Below the pieces are notes generated by a model. It did no database searches. It was given only the letters and a program-made list of their open reading frames with translations, and was not told the DNA's origin. Below, one piece after another: positions 13,501 to 26,899 of a stretch of 64,000 bases of DNA; position 1 is the stretch's first letter, and each line of letters begins with the position of its first letter. This stretch comes from Thalia democratica (taxonomy: Eukaryota), in NCBI GenBank assembly GCA_965202585.1, contig OZ241831.1, positions 31,620,001 through 31,684,000 on the forward strand, written 5' to 3'. The position numbers and the translations under genes were made by a program.

Positions 13501-16500
13501 CAAACTCCAGATAGACGCGCTGAGAGAAGTGTTGAAAACAGAGGACAGCAGAATGTACGGATATTTGAATCACCTGTACGAGATGCAGCAATTACCACTC
13601 GATTATCCGGCCTTTGTATCCGATAAAGATTACGACCCGAAACTCAACTTAGATTGTTTTGAAGATCAAGTGAGTTTTGATTAACTTTTTATTTTAAAAT
13701 TTGAAAGTTTTTTAAACATAAATAACAACTTGTGGTGTATTTGAATATTTTTTTAAAACTTAACTTGGATTGTTTTGAGGTTCAAGTTAGTGATTTTATT
13801 TTTTTTTGAAAAACTTTGCAATTTTTTTTACTGTAACACTACTTTTGAATTTTTCGATTACTTATTATTGATTTTTTTAATGTCTTGTTTCTATAACTAC
13901 TCTTTGCTTCTGGCAATACTTCAAGTTTTAACTATTAAGTTAAAAGTTCTGAATATTTTTTTTAAACCTAAGCAACTACTTTTGGAATTTTAAGTATTTT
14001 ATAATTGTTGATGTATTTGAGTTTTCTGAATGTTTGAAACTATGGTCTCTCTTTGCTTTTTTATAAGACTTAAGATTCTATTACATTTTTATCAAAAATT
14101 GTCATATGATTTTTGCTGATTAGCTTACCAAAACCATCTGTTTTTAAATTTATTCTATCATTGTAATATGTGTACAAAAGGTTATAGTTTAATAAAAACA
14201 AAATATATAAACTTTATGAAGAGATATCAAAAAATTTGAAAAAAAAATTTAGTTATTTAATTAAGCTGTATTTTTATTCTCATCATGTCAAAGCATTAAA
14301 GGTATTAAAAAAAAACTTTTAGAGTAATTTATTTAAAGATTAGTTGTTAGTTCTTAAAGTTTTGGTTAAACATAAAAAACTTAGTTTAGCTTAGTCTTAC
14401 AAAACTTGCAAATAATTGTCGTAGAACTTTTTTTGGTTCATTGAAAACTTTAAAGTTTATATGGATCGTTCTAAATTTATTGTTAAGCATCAAAATTTAG
14501 TTTAATTAAACCTAAAACTATTGGTTTAATTACGATTAAATAAATAATCTTAACGATTAATGTTATACAAACAATCTTTTTTTTTATAGAAACTAAATAA
14601 AATGCTTGAGACAAGTGCTAGTACTTTATATGACACTTTTGAATTTCTTTTGCGCACAGTGATCTATCGCGAGTCCATGCTCTTTTTTAGTTACACATTT
14701 TATAATTATCAAAAAATTAAAATTTAAAATCTTTAGTATTGTACAAACTAAATTTATTGTACATATTGAATTAACAAAATATTTTTTTACCTATTAAAAT
14801 GCTAACTCACCTCTCTACTTCTGTTTCTATTCAAATACTTTATCAGAAAACCGCCAGAAGTAGGTATATTTGCTAGCTTTCGTTTTAACACGCATTTTTG
14901 CTATGGACGCAATATGCGTAGATTCGCGAGATGTTATTGTTTAATTTTTTCAAAACAATTACTTTCTTGTTTTATTTACAAAACATATTTATAATGAACT
15001 CAAAATAACTGTTTGTAAATAAATTTGAAATGTAATTATGCTTAAAACAAATTGTACCCAATTCTAATCCCTTACTTTATATTAAGTAATAATTCGATTT
15101 GTACTTATTTTTTTATTAGTTATTTTCTTAGAAGCGTTTACTTATATTTAAATAAGGTTTTTTTTTTAATTCAACGTATTGAAACTTAGTTAACATTACA
15201 TTAAAAACTTTACAGCTTAAAAAAAGTGCAGAAAGTAAAACATTGATAAAAAAAGAAGTTCAAAAAAATGATAAGCAAGTAAGTTTGATTTTATAAACTT
15301 TAAGCCTAATTTAAAACTTATAACCGATTGCTAAAATTTCAGTTGAGAATTTTGAAAAACAACACGTCATTCGGATCAAACACCAGCAAGTTTTCACAAA
15401 ACTTATCAGGTAAAAATAAACTGAGAGTTTAAAAAAAGAAAAAAATTAATCTTTGTCATGTTTTAGTTTTTATTTAAGTTTGCTTTATTGAGAACTTTCT
15501 TGACTGGCCTAAACAAATTTAATTTTAAAAATATGAGCGTGATATAAATTTAAATATCATGTAAATTTTTTAGTTCTTAAGTTTTTTTCACTGACACGTT
15601 AATTTTTTTTATACATCATTAATACTGTTATAAGTATTGACTATTTTGTTAAATATCAGTTATAGTTATAAGACCTTTTAACCTAAATCAGCAAGTTTGT
15701 AAATTTAAATTTAATCTGTTATTCCTACTTATTAGCAATTAAATGTTAGAATTACTAATCGAATTCTTTTTTGTTGTAAAACGTTTTTGAACAACTTAAA
15801 AAAAGTTTTTGTAATTTATAAAAATATAAGACTGTATAGTTGACGTCTTTAATTGTAATATAAGTTTTATCACTTAACTTCTATCTTTACAATATTTTTT
15901 AATAATTAAAGTTCTCTTACTGTGATTTTAAAGACCGTGTACAATTTTCAATGGATTTACAGTCTTTAAATAAGTTTTCATAACATTCTAGAAATAAACT
16001 AATAAAACTTAATACAAAATATATTTCCACTAAAAAATTGTGTTTAATCATTTTACTTTGAACATTATTTATTTACAGAAAGAACGTTTAAAAAGGTTTT
16101 TGAAAAAAAACAAAGAAAAACTAAAACTGTTAATCTTTCAACTAAAAAAAATGAAAAAAAGTGAGTAGTTTAGAAAAACCGTTTTTAAATTGACATTACT
16201 TCAAAATAATTGTAAAATCATCTATGAAGATTAGTACAACCAGTTTTGCTTAGATATTGTGCTTTTTTCTAATTGTTATATTGATGTAAAGCATAATAAT
16301 GATAGTGACTATTTTACATCAATAAAAACAGTTTTAATTTGCTTGGACAATAATAAAATGCTTGAATTACTAAAAACTGAAAAGTTTACATATGTACAAA
16401 ATCAATGGTTTTTGTTTCATTTTAGTAGAGTTACACACAGTCATTACATTTTAAATTCTGTGCGCACTCGGCAATAAATAAACAAATTTTTAAACACACT

Positions 16501-19500
16501 ATTTTTTTTTTTGCTACGAAATACAATAAATCTAACAAAATACAAGAGCTATCAAAAACTGACTTTCAAAAAGAAATACTATACGGTATATACCTTATTG
16601 TAATATTTTTGACTACTTATAAAAATTTATGTTAGAATAAAATTAGTTTATGTGCACACTTTGAAAAAGACTGTTCTTAAATGTAACAAGATTTTGTTTC
16701 ACTACTGAACAGTTTTAAAAAGTTTTTTTCAGACCTTTTAAATTGATTAAATACAACAATAGATTGATTTTATGCAAGTAAAATAAATTTATACGATTTC
16801 TTTAGAATAAGACTTAGTTTGTTTATAATTTTGTTAAATTTGTTTAATACTTGTTGAATTTGTATTCTTAAACTTATGTATTTAATTTATTTTTATTTTT
16901 CAGCAAGACCCACATAACAGAAAAAATATTGGGTAGAAAATCCGGTCTACCAACACAAAATACAAAAAATGTAAAGTTTTAGTAAAGTTCAAACTAAAAT
17001 AACACAATGTATCATAAAAATTTCCAAGTTAAAACAAGTTTTTTTTTTGCCTCATATCTATATGCACTATTTACTTTTAATTAAAACCATACTCTTTAGC
17101 TAATTTATACAGTTATAGCTTAAAAAATGTTATCTTTGGAAAACATTTAGTTAAACTAACGGCGTTTTTCTGCTCATTAATTATGAACAGCTCAACATAT
17201 TTTGTAAAAATTAACGTACATTAGAAACAAAATGAGCGAAATTTTGTGTGAAACTTGTTTTTATGTAATAGGTTACTATAAACATATACTAATAAGTTAT
17301 AAATACAAACAAGATATAGAAATTTATCTAAAGTAAACCTATATTTATACATTATAAAATAAGATTGAGTTAGGAATAACCATTTAACTGTATAATGTGA
17401 ACTTCAAAACAGTTCTAATTGATTAGTTTTTCGAATTAAAACAGAGCTACAAAAAAGAGAAGCACCAAAGTATTGAAAAAGAATCTGGTTCAAAAATATT
17501 AGATGAAGCAAAATACTCAAATAAAGACCAAAAAAGCTTGTTGATCAAAAACACTGCTACTACATCACAAAATGACAAGTAACTACAGTTTTTTTAAAAA
17601 TAATAAGCTATTTTAGAATTGTTTTAAATTACACTTAAAAGTTTACTAAAACAAAAATTAATGTGTTTTTAACTCAATTATTTATATTGTTTAACATACT
17701 GTATACCTTTTTATTTTTGCATATAATTTTTAAATATTTACAAAAACAATTATTTTTTTAGTATCGAGGCCGGAGAAAATAATACAATTTATTCTATGGA
17801 TACAATTATTTCTGAACATAAAGTAAGACCACACAAAGATTTCAAAAAGAAAAGCACATTTGAGGTAAATAGAAATGTTCATTCATTATGCGAATTAAAT
17901 TACTTATTTAATAAATACAAGCTGATCAAAAATTTCGACATAATATATTTTAGCTGATTAGATATAAGTATAAACAAAATTCAAAACTTAAGCTTCACTA
18001 TTTTCAAAACTGTTTTTGTTTCAACAAATTGCTTTTTATCAAAGTCACTGCTAGTTTGTATTCCAAATATATTTACTTGAATATCATTTTTATCTTTAAA
18101 ACTTAATTTTGTTACACCTTCCTGAAAATAAAAAAGTTTTTGATAGAATGCTTTAATTGAACAGCTGTTATGATGCAATGATCAGTTGTGTTAGCTTTAT
18201 TTAGTTATCTTAAATTTTCTTAAACACACTACAAATGTTACATGTTATAAAAAAAATATTATCAATTTTATAAATTGTTTTATTCAAGCTTCAAGTTTAC
18301 TTAGCAACTGAAGTATTACTTTTTGTATTTGTTTTGATTTACTTGACTCATTTTACTACTTATTTTCTAGGCGTTTATATCACTTCAACGTACCAACCTC
18401 ACTTACTTCATATTTTAAAATGTATCAAAACAGCTTTACAGAAAAATATTTTCCAGTCAAATTCAATATCTCGAAGAGCAAGGGTGTTAGGTGAATACAA
18501 AAGAGACCAGGCGACCCAAACTACTGAAAACACAGCTTTCGACAACTACCTGAGTCAGGAATTCAGGTTTATTATTAGTTTTTATTTAAGTTTTTAAACT
18601 AAAAGTGTATTTTTGAAATTATTTCTATAAAGTTTTAATTTTTAATGTTAATTATAACTGATTTTAAAACTGAATAATTTGCGACTGTTTAGAAAATATA
18701 AAGTTTCAAAAACAAATTGATAGTTTGTGATTATTTGAGTGAAATTTCTTTAACAAATCAAGTACATATGACTTTTAATTAACAAGGTATAATTTAATAA
18801 AGACTGAATTTAAAATGTAACGTATTCATTTTATACTAAGTTTGCTTTTTTTAAGCTTTTTACTTTTTAGTGTTAAAAAAAAAAAATTTTGTTTCAGTAG
18901 CATAATTTCATAACTTGAGTAAAAACAAGTACAGTTTTCAATATAAACATCATTTTGTTATTCTTAACTTTTTTCTTTTGAACCTACATTTTCAAGTATT
19001 TAATTATGGTAGTTTTGTTTGCATTATATTTAAACTTAATCAAATAACTTGATATAGTACTATATTTTTTTTTTCATAATTTAAAAATACGTAAGTTTAA
19101 GCTGTGTAATCTTGCATAAATTACAGAGTCAACCGAAGTTTGTGTTATCTAAATAGCTATAATGAATTTAATTATACAACTAATAGGAGTTTTCGAATAC
19201 TTACTTCAAAGAGGACTTATATAAGGGATAAAGTTATTTTCTTACATTTGTTTTAAAAAACCTTTTTTAAGTTTATTTGTTTTGATTTTTTTATCCAAAA
19301 GTTCAATTATCGTAAATAAGATAAAAATATGGCTCAAATAAAATTTTCTAGTTGACTTTTAAACTTTTATTATTGTCATTATTATAGCCTGTAAAATTTC
19401 TATTAAGTTGCCATGAAACCTGGAAATACTTTAAATTTCACAATTTAGGAAAAAAACTAGAAAAACCTTGAACTTGAGAAATTTTTATAAAAACCTTGAA

Positions 19501-20881
19501 AAACCTGGAACTTAAAAAAAAGCTTTTATATGTTAAGTAACGAAATTTATATTGAATACGAAAAATCTATCATATACAATACTTTTTTGAATTATGTAAA
19601 ATTGTATATATTATGAAACTGGTTTAAAGTGGCATTACAGTACCTTTTCAACATTTTTTTACTACTTAAGACAGTTGTGTACCATAATTTCACTTTTATA
19701 TTTAAAATGGCAAAACTATTGTACTTTCAAAACTCTGGAAGAAATTCAAAAACCTGAAAAGTTTTTCAAAAAAAACATGGCAATAATTATTTGTTTAAAA
19801 TCAATTGATAAGGTTATTAGATTTAACAATATTTTTTAAACTTTACTCAAGTTTCTAAAAATTAAGAAATGTATTTTCAAACTAACAGCCTTGAAGATTG
19901 CCGACATAGTAATGAAATAAACTTATCGTATGCTTTGAATAAAGAGATTTGTCATCGCAAGCAAATAAACAGGTTGGTTATTTTTATTTATTGTTGAAAT
20001 AAATTTTGATATGCTATCAGATAAATTGTTATTTTCAAGTTTAAACAGTTATGATTTTAAAAGTTTTTTCTTCAAAAATTGTTGATAACTTCGTCTAGTT
20101 CAAAAAGCTTTTTCTCTGAAGGTTGTTAATGTTTAGTCATAAGTTTTAGTTGTCACTGCAAGTTTGACAAAAATTTTACAATGTTTTAGAAAATAAAAAA
20201 GTATTTATATAATGTAATGATACTCAAAAGAAAATGTTTGCATTCTGAGTATTTAAGTAAGTTAAGTATCCCTGTTAGCTTTTTAATAAACGAAAGATCT
20301 CATCAAAGCGTTTGTATAAGACTGAGACTGACTTTTTTGATGGTTCTAACCATGTTTTGTTTTTGTTAGCTTTTTATGCTCACTTTAGCTGTAGTTTTTA
20401 AGCTAAGCTATAAACATTTGATTTTTTTACTTTATTTTAAAGTTAATGTATCCAATTTTTAATTACATACTAAACTTGGTATTGAAATTTCGTAAACTAT
20501 TTGTTACTAGCTCTTTTTTCTTACTAATTTAATTGAGGCACAAAAATTCAAAAACGTATTATTGTTTGTTGTTCAAATCAAAAATATATGTACTTCAAAA
20601 AAAAAGCTTCAATTTTTTTATCATAGAATTTATTACTATGTTTATTTTGAGAGTAAAAAATTACCAAGTAAACATATTAAATGTAACTATGAATAAGATT
20701 ATTAACAATGTCAGGAATAATCCTATTTAGAAATGATTTCAAACTTTATTATATACTTTTCAACAGAATTGTCAAGAGACTATGGGACTCAAAAGAAGTT
20801 TCTTGCAAAAAACAAACAAACAAATTCATATATCAAAAATCAGATATGTTTGTTGCAAACATTGAATCATTGATTGTTTAA
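7505..20881 (+). CDS. Spliced gene for an uncharacterised EF-hand-like / coiled-coil protein; 5' exons unresolved
   Basis: Phase-compatible GT-AG exons: 7505-7548 (tentative), 8542-8602, 9757-9887, 10149-10296, 12967-13040, 13108-13186, 13511-13669, 15216-15278, 15343-15409, 16079-16160, 16904-16970, 17445-17578, 17762-17864, 18442-18566, 19889-19972, 20767-20881 (TAA). The joined frame reads ...AVLTIEEIRDIRMIFEAFEEFDQKGMLINQGDKILKTLKIAGWVIAPDKLVKKLRHVKVSYDEKERIQLYEFLDLIPLCEK...SISRRARVLGEYKRD...IVKRLWDSK...IESLIV*. The helix-loop-helix pattern is calmodulin-like. Confidence 0.8.
9349..9486. mobile_element. Small fold-back MITE-like element
   Basis: Imperfect inverted repeat of about 60 bp (tttaagataataacctaataaagcagg... 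/ ...ctgcttcattaggttattatcttaaa) around a short spacer. Confidence 0.65.
11203..11365. repeat. 55-bp perfect inverted repeat whose left arm is also directly repeated at 12400-12471
   Basis: 11228-11282 is the exact reverse complement of 11311-11365 (28-nt spacer). 11203-11274 is identical to 12400-12471. Confidence 0.9.
11363..11524. repeat. Tandem duplication (about 63 bp, 96-bp period) in the Gypsy 3' region
   Basis: aataaaacgca(c/t)taaataaatccaaaacaattcaaattcatgca(a)ttccacgctgaatcct occurs at 11363 and 11459. Confidence 0.85.
11599..12247 (-). mobile_element. Ty3/Gypsy LTR retrotransposon fragment, integrase C-terminal region
   Basis: LRPLYVGSRCLLQNQSGTHPRKWDRSGVVVEVLPHDQYVVRVDGSRRLTQRNRKFLR is the typical Gypsy integrase tail. 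A frameshift in the T-run near 11690 continues as LRRLKDFNTSG...RK*. Confidence 0.9.
12666..12763 (+). ncRNA. Minimal type I hammerhead ribozyme (Penelope pLTR/retrozyme type), intact core
   Basis: CTGATGA at 12700-12706; stem II GTCC-TAATTA-GGAC; GAAA; loop-less palindromic stem III ACCGGT; GTC cleavage triplet ending at 12730. Stem I is TCTGC/GTAGG, extended by GAC/GTC, TCT/AGA and GATCA-CAACAGC/GCTGTTG-TGATC. Confidence 0.85.
14855..14940 (+). repeat. Dispersed repeat; second copy at about 44850-44945 on the - strand
   Basis: Both copies share gtaggtatatt(t/a)gcta...ttttgct(a/g)tg(g/a)ac(g/a)caat(a/g)tgcgtagatt(c/t)gcg. Confidence 0.65.
19403..19790. mobile_element. Degenerate member of the CAGGGTTGCCA-TIR MITE family
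   Basis: Eroded ends aagttgccatg / catggcaata and internal cctggaa repeats, as in the intact copies. Confidence 0.5.
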
Positions 20882-22559
20882 TTTTATTATTTAAAATTTA
20901 AAAACTAAATATAAGAGTTAAAATGAATCTTTGTTAAGAAGCAACTAATAGTATAAACTTTTTTGTTTTTTTTTTATTATTGTACCTAATAATCTTAATT
21001 ACAACTTTTTCTAAAACTTTTTCAACCAAAAAAACAATTAATTTAATTCTTAAAAAATGTTTTAGTAGCAAATTATGTCATTTATTTTTATTAAATCATT
21101 TTTACGTGTTATGTTTGCAGTAAAAAATATTTCTTAAATCATTTTTAAAAATTGATAAAATCACTTTTGTGTTTTAATGCAGAAAATTACTTAAATTTTT
21201 TTTTTTTTTTTTTTTGTCCTCAATTTTGTATTCTGAAACCGATTAAAAAAGTTTATTTTTTTAGTTATGTGCAAGTTTATATACATTTTCTAATGACACC
21301 AATAACTTTTTTGTTTGTTCTCAGTTTTATAAAATATAACTAAAATGTAACAGTAATTTTTTTACATTGATATATATGAAAACAAATTATACAGTAATCT
21401 TCCTTTATTCTACCAACATATGTTTCTGTGTGTCAACGACAACGACGACAACGAGTAATTTTTAAAGACCTACAACTGTCAATTTAAGAATTGCGTTTTT
21501 TTTATGATTTCAATATTTATTTTTTAAGTCACGATTTATTACATACACTAAGCTTTTAAAATAATTTTGAATTTTTTTTTGACTAAAACGACTTATACAC
21601 ACACCAAGCCCTTATGTTTATTATCAGAAATTAAAGTAAGTAGTGTTTTCATTTTTATAAGTGTTTTATATAATAACAAGAAGTTTGTTATTTATACTAT
21701 TAAATACCTTTCCACAAATTAAGTTTTTTTAAACTTACGAAAAATGATATTTTTTATTGTCACAAGCTTTCAGTCACTTATTCAGCAACTTATTTTAAAT
21801 TTTACAGACAAGTTTTTTATAAGAAAACCCGCAAATGTTTTTTAAAATTTAAAGCAGTCCGGCCCCTAGTATGAAAATTTGGCCAGTTATACTAAACTTT
21901 GAAACTTACATTAGATGTTCTTGGTTTTGCAATGAATAGCAAAAAAAAAGGTCTCAGGTACAATTAACAGGAAGTTTTAAACTTCCACTAAATATTCTTA
22001 AAAAAGGGTTTATAGAATTTATATACCATTTGCAATTTAATATCAATAGATTATTCATTTCGTTTTTTATATTTTATTACACAAAGCTATTAATACACAT
22101 ACCTTTAGTTTTAATTACTGAATCTTTATTTTTTGTGTTTGTTTTAATTTATTCATACGTCATAATTTAAAGTTATTTTTTAAGCTATTCACTTAACAAA
22201 TTTTTTTCAAATTTCATTTAAAATTTATCACTTGACAAAGAAACGTGTATGGTTTTGAAAAGCTTTGTGTAATAAAATATAAAAAACAAAATGAACAATC
22301 TATTGATATTAAGTTGCAAATGGTATATAAATACGTTCAAAAACCTTCCTATAATAGTAGTTATTAGAATTAATATTAATTTTCATAGAATCAATGTTTT
22401 GTTTTAATTGAGTAATTTTCGTGATTTTTATAAAAATGTTATGCTCCGGCCCACCAAGGACTAAAACTTTCCACATCTAGATCGCTAGCTGAAAACTTTA
22501 CCAACCCCTATTATAAGGTTTAAAAGGCAACAACAACGGAAGTATATACATATAAAACG

Positions 22560-23330
22560 TTTGGCACTAGGGGTGGACAATGATTTAATCGGCATGTCAG
22601 ATATAGAATAGCTTAGTTCTTGTCGGATTAGAGCATTTCAGTTTCATTTAAATCACGAAAATTACTCAATTGACCAGTTCATTTTGACAATAAACTATTG
22701 TTACCCAAAATAGGAGCCTCACTGATTTCCTTCGAAATTGCCTCGGTCTCAGGCTCGACAATCTCATCAGATTCCAGGTTAGCAGTAGTCTCGGAACAGC
22801 TTATTTCGGTGCGAGACTGGGTTTGTGGTGCTTTCAAGACTAATGCCTTTTTTAAGGGTTTTAAGGACATAATTATATAATTTATTTAACTAAATATAAT
22901 GAAACTAAGTAATGTTGGTTTATTATGTACAAATAAACGCAATGACAGCTCACAATAAGTATAGACACTTAAAGTTAACAATTAAAAGGAAAACGTGCTC
23001 TGGATTCCCTCCTTGACGTGTCACTGGTCTCCAGTCGCTCAGCTTCTGGCACTCGACGTTGGTCTGTCTCGTTTACAGAGCCTTGATGAACGTTGCGTGG
23101 TCTGTTTTCCTTTCCGTAATCGGAGCGTGGTGATAAAATACGATATTAAATAGGCACGATGATATAAATATGTATAAATATTACAATACAAGTACAATAG
23201 TGAATAAATGCGATAATATAAATATGTATAAATATTACAATGCAAATACAATAGTGAGTAAATATGATAATATGAATATGTATAAACACTACGATAGAAT
23301 TAAACAGTACGAAAACAACTTGTTCGTAGA
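22560..23330 (-). mobile_element. Probable retrotransposon 5' remnant (UTR/LTR-like segment plus a broken acidic gag/ORF1-like N-terminus)
   Basis: GC-richer island; minus ORF MSLKPLKKALVLKAPQTQSRTEISCSETTANLESDEIVEPETEAISKEISEAPILG... interrupted by stops; internal 54-bp tandem repeat upstream. No diagnostic domain seen. Confidence 0.4.
23162..23288. repeat. 54-bp tandem repeat, about 2.3 copies
   Basis: atataaatatgtataaatattacaat... starts at 23162, 23216 and 23270. Confidence 0.85.
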
Positions 23331-24444
23331 AGTGTAGCTAAGGTTGACGCCCAGTCTGTGTGGGTTTACTTGCTAAGATGATCTTTTTTGTTTTGAAATA
23401 AATTGTTTTTTTGGTAATAAAATGTCACGATTTAACTGAAAATGCCGCCCGCGAATATTTTTATTTTCGAAATTTGGCCTGCGACTATTAAATGCCTGCC
23501 AAACCCATGAATTAGTTGTTACAATTCTATCAAAAATAATAAATAATATTCTAAAAATTAATACTGTAGTAATACTTGTGTAAATTTAAGAAAAATTGCA
23601 TTAAAAAGTTACATAAAATAATTAAATGTATTTGAAAAAGTTTGCAAAATAAACTAAATATGACGTAAAGTTGAGACATTTATAGTCAGTTACTTTTTGT
23701 TATAATAAGTCGTTTTGTTTAAAATATAAATTTTTTGATTGGTAGTTGGACCAAAAAACTGCAACTTAGTAAAAAGTCAAGAATTTTTAAATAGAAAGGA
23801 TAGAGAAATTTAAAGATGAAGAAATTGAAAGCAGAAACCAAGTAAGTATTTTGCTTTATTTATCAAATTACAAATCTTATATACAAATTCTTTTTTTCTT
23901 ACATACCGTTTTACACTCATTAATTGTTTTAAAGAAGCAAGTAGATTTTAGCTTGCACAAAGCCAATTTTAGTCTAGCTTTTTGTACATTTTACAGTTTT
24001 AAATTGCACTAAAAAATTGATTTACCAAAAAAAAGTTTGAAAAATCCTAGTTGTGCAGAAAACTGTAGTAAAGGTTGATCACATGTTTGTGTTGAGTTTA
24101 TAGTAGTGAAATTAAAGATGAGTTAGTAAAATTAGTGTAAAGATATATAAAGTGTCAAAAAAGAATTATAAGCAAGGAATGTTAAATAATTTGAATTAAA
24201 AATTTGAGAAAATTTCGTATGTAGGTAAGACTTATAAACTTTGGTTCAAACAAAGTGTCTGATTTAGAACTAGGAAAAACATTTAAGGTAAAATATTGTA
24301 GTTATGAAGCTTTTATAAGATTTGAAAAGGCTAAAAGACTTAGCACTGGAAAACAAGAAAAGAAAACAGAAGCGTGAAAAAGTGAGAAAAACGAAATGAT
24401 CTTGAAGCATATTTAAGAAAATAAAAAATTAAAACATTAAAGTT

Positions 24445-24545
24445 TCACGAGCAGTTACTTTTGCACGGAAGCTCAATTCTGCATGAGTGACATGTTTTCA
24501 CTTGTGTCACTTTTTCACGAATCGTCATTTTTGCACTGTTGACTT
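24445..24545 (+). repeat. Relic of the cacttttgcac minisatellite
   Basis: ttacttttgcacgg, gtcactttttcacg and gtcatttttgcac units. Confidence 0.55.
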
Positions 24546-26139
24546 ATTTGATTTAACATTCCTCAACCGTCGCTCACCAAGTCGGCAGAAGGAACCGCTT
24601 AACGACTAAGAATAAGGGGTAACAGTCAAAGCAAAAAAATAATGAAAAAGATTAAAGTACAATATAGAAAGATAATACAAAGTAAAATAATACCGACAAA
24701 GGTTAATTTTTGGGGATAACAGAGAGAGTAAAAAAAAACGAAAATATAAGAAAATTTTAATAATTCTATTAACTTAAAATGAAGTTTTTAAATAGTGCAA
24801 AAGTGACCCTTCGTACATTTCTTACTTCACCTACCTTTTTGTAACCTTTGTAGTTGTTGTTTCGCCAAAAGTTTTTTTTTTGTTACCTTGTATTACAATC
24901 TTTTGATATATACATATTAAAAAGTACTAATTGTTTAAAATATCAAAGAGAGAAAAAATCCGAGGCATTTGAATATAAAAGCTTGTCCTTGTTTAAATTC
25001 TGAAATACTATCTGAGTCTATAATTTTTTACAGTATATACTGTTGTTTCAATTTTTTTGCAGTATGTAGTTTGGTAAAGCTTTTTATTCACTTAATTACA
25101 AAGATATGATGTTAAAAAAGATGTAGTGCATTTGGAGAATACTTTAAGCTCTTACTTCGTAACATTTACCAAAACGTTTAAATAAAGTAGTAAAAAGAAG
25201 TTTACAGAATAATTATCAAAAAGAATAAACTTATCTAAAAAAAGATATTAAAATTGTGAGAGATTATAATTTATTGAACGATAAAAAAGACGCTCAAAAT
25301 ATTTAGTCCTAGGACCTAGAGAAACTAAAGAAAATAATAATTTTTCAGTTTTGACAAAACATTTTAAAAAGATCAGACATGGATTGTTAAAAAATTTAAA
25401 TAACAAACAAGTAAAGCTTCTGTGTTTCCTGAAAGGAGTTAGATATTTTGATTTTGACCAAATATTTGAACTATCTGGAACATACAGATCGAAAAAAAAT
25501 CAAGTTTTTGAAAGCTTGAAAGTTCTAAAAACTACAATTGGATAGATCGTAGTTAAGTAAAAAATGGAAAGGTTAAATATTGGGTAAAAAACGAAAAAAT
25601 AATCTACTCTTAAACCTGTTTACGCAAAAAACAAAAAATTATATGTTGATTGACAAAAATTTTACAGAAAAACGGAAAAAGGTTAGTTATTGTTGTATTG
25701 CATATCGAAATGTTTTTTGTGGAACTACTGATAGATTAAAGAGATAATAACTTTTTTATCCACGATGTAGAATTTAAAGCAACATTATAAATGTTTTGTT
25801 TTTACCTACTCAAATTATGCTTACCATTTTAAAACAACAGACTTTCCTAAACAATTTTCTAATTGCAGTACTCAAAAAAATAAAGAATACAGTGACTATG
25901 CTTATCAGAAATATTACAAATGAAAAAAAGTTTGTTACAATTAATTTTATTTACAAAGAAAAGATGAACCACAAAAATGGAAAACCCAAAAAAAGTTAGT
26001 TATTTTTCAGTTTATTATATTTTCTAATTTTAACAAGCAGCTGTTTGATGGTTACGTGTAATGTTTACGCTAAAAATAGTTTTTGTGAATGCTTTGTATC
26101 TACAATAAACAAATAATAGTTTGTTGAACAAAAACTAAA

Positions 26140-26220
26140 TAACAACGAAAAAATGCGGAAAAGTTTTTTGGTTAAAGGACCTGGGTACACAAAAACCCTC
26201 TCGGTCATCGTGTTGGAATC
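26140..26220 (-). repeat. Dispersed non-coding repeat family; other copies at about 42335-42510 (-), 60100-60240 (+) and 60560-60670 (+)
   Basis: Shared core ggtgt(a/g)c...ttttgtacac...cctt(g/a)ga...aa(a/g)tttttg(a/c)gc. Confidence 0.55.
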
Positions 26221-26899
26221 TTTAAACTTTCTTTTCAGATTAAATCTAACTTTCAATTTTATACATCATAGTTTAAATTTCAGATAAATTAAGTGCAAAG
26301 TTTTTTATTTTGAGTTTTTAAGACTTTTGAAATTCATGGTAAAGTTTAGACAAATCTTCCTTAAACTTTGACTCTGTAACATTTAAGTTCTTGTTTTTGT
26401 AAAAATCATCCTAGTTTTTTAGTTTCAATTTTTTTCAGACATAAACTTTCTGAATTGATTTTAGTGGTGTATTAGGTTATTTAAAAAATATATACATGTA
26501 GATTGTAGGGTATTATCAATATTAATGATTACCATTGATTGGTTGCTCGTCAGAAAACTTTTTACTTTTTATTCGACTTATGATATCATTAAAAACTGTT
26601 TTAAAATGGTTTAACTTCGAAGTTTTCTATGTTGGTAGAGTATTTCTTTTGAATGTATCCACACGGAAATTCATAAATCATCATTTTAACAAAAAATAAG
26701 TTACGGTTTATCAAAAAATTGTACACCCCTAAATAAGTTTCGTGTACCCTAAAAATTTCGTGAACCCAAAAACGAACTTTGAATTAAGCTGCACACCGTG
26801 AAGATCACTGTCCTATATAATATCCCGTAAATTGTACAAAAGACCTTTTTTTTGCTGTTTATTTCAAAACCCAGAACATCAAATGTAAGTTTGTTTCAG

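Noticed and set aside
14804-14910. Minus-strand exon with a GTGAGT donor nested in the EF-hand gene
   Set aside because: The sequence is largely a dispersed repeat also found near 44.9 kb, and no partner exons were found.
18334-18441. 5' part of ORF 18334-18597 as coding
   Set aside because: Phase only matches the previous exon when the acceptor at 18440-18441 is used.
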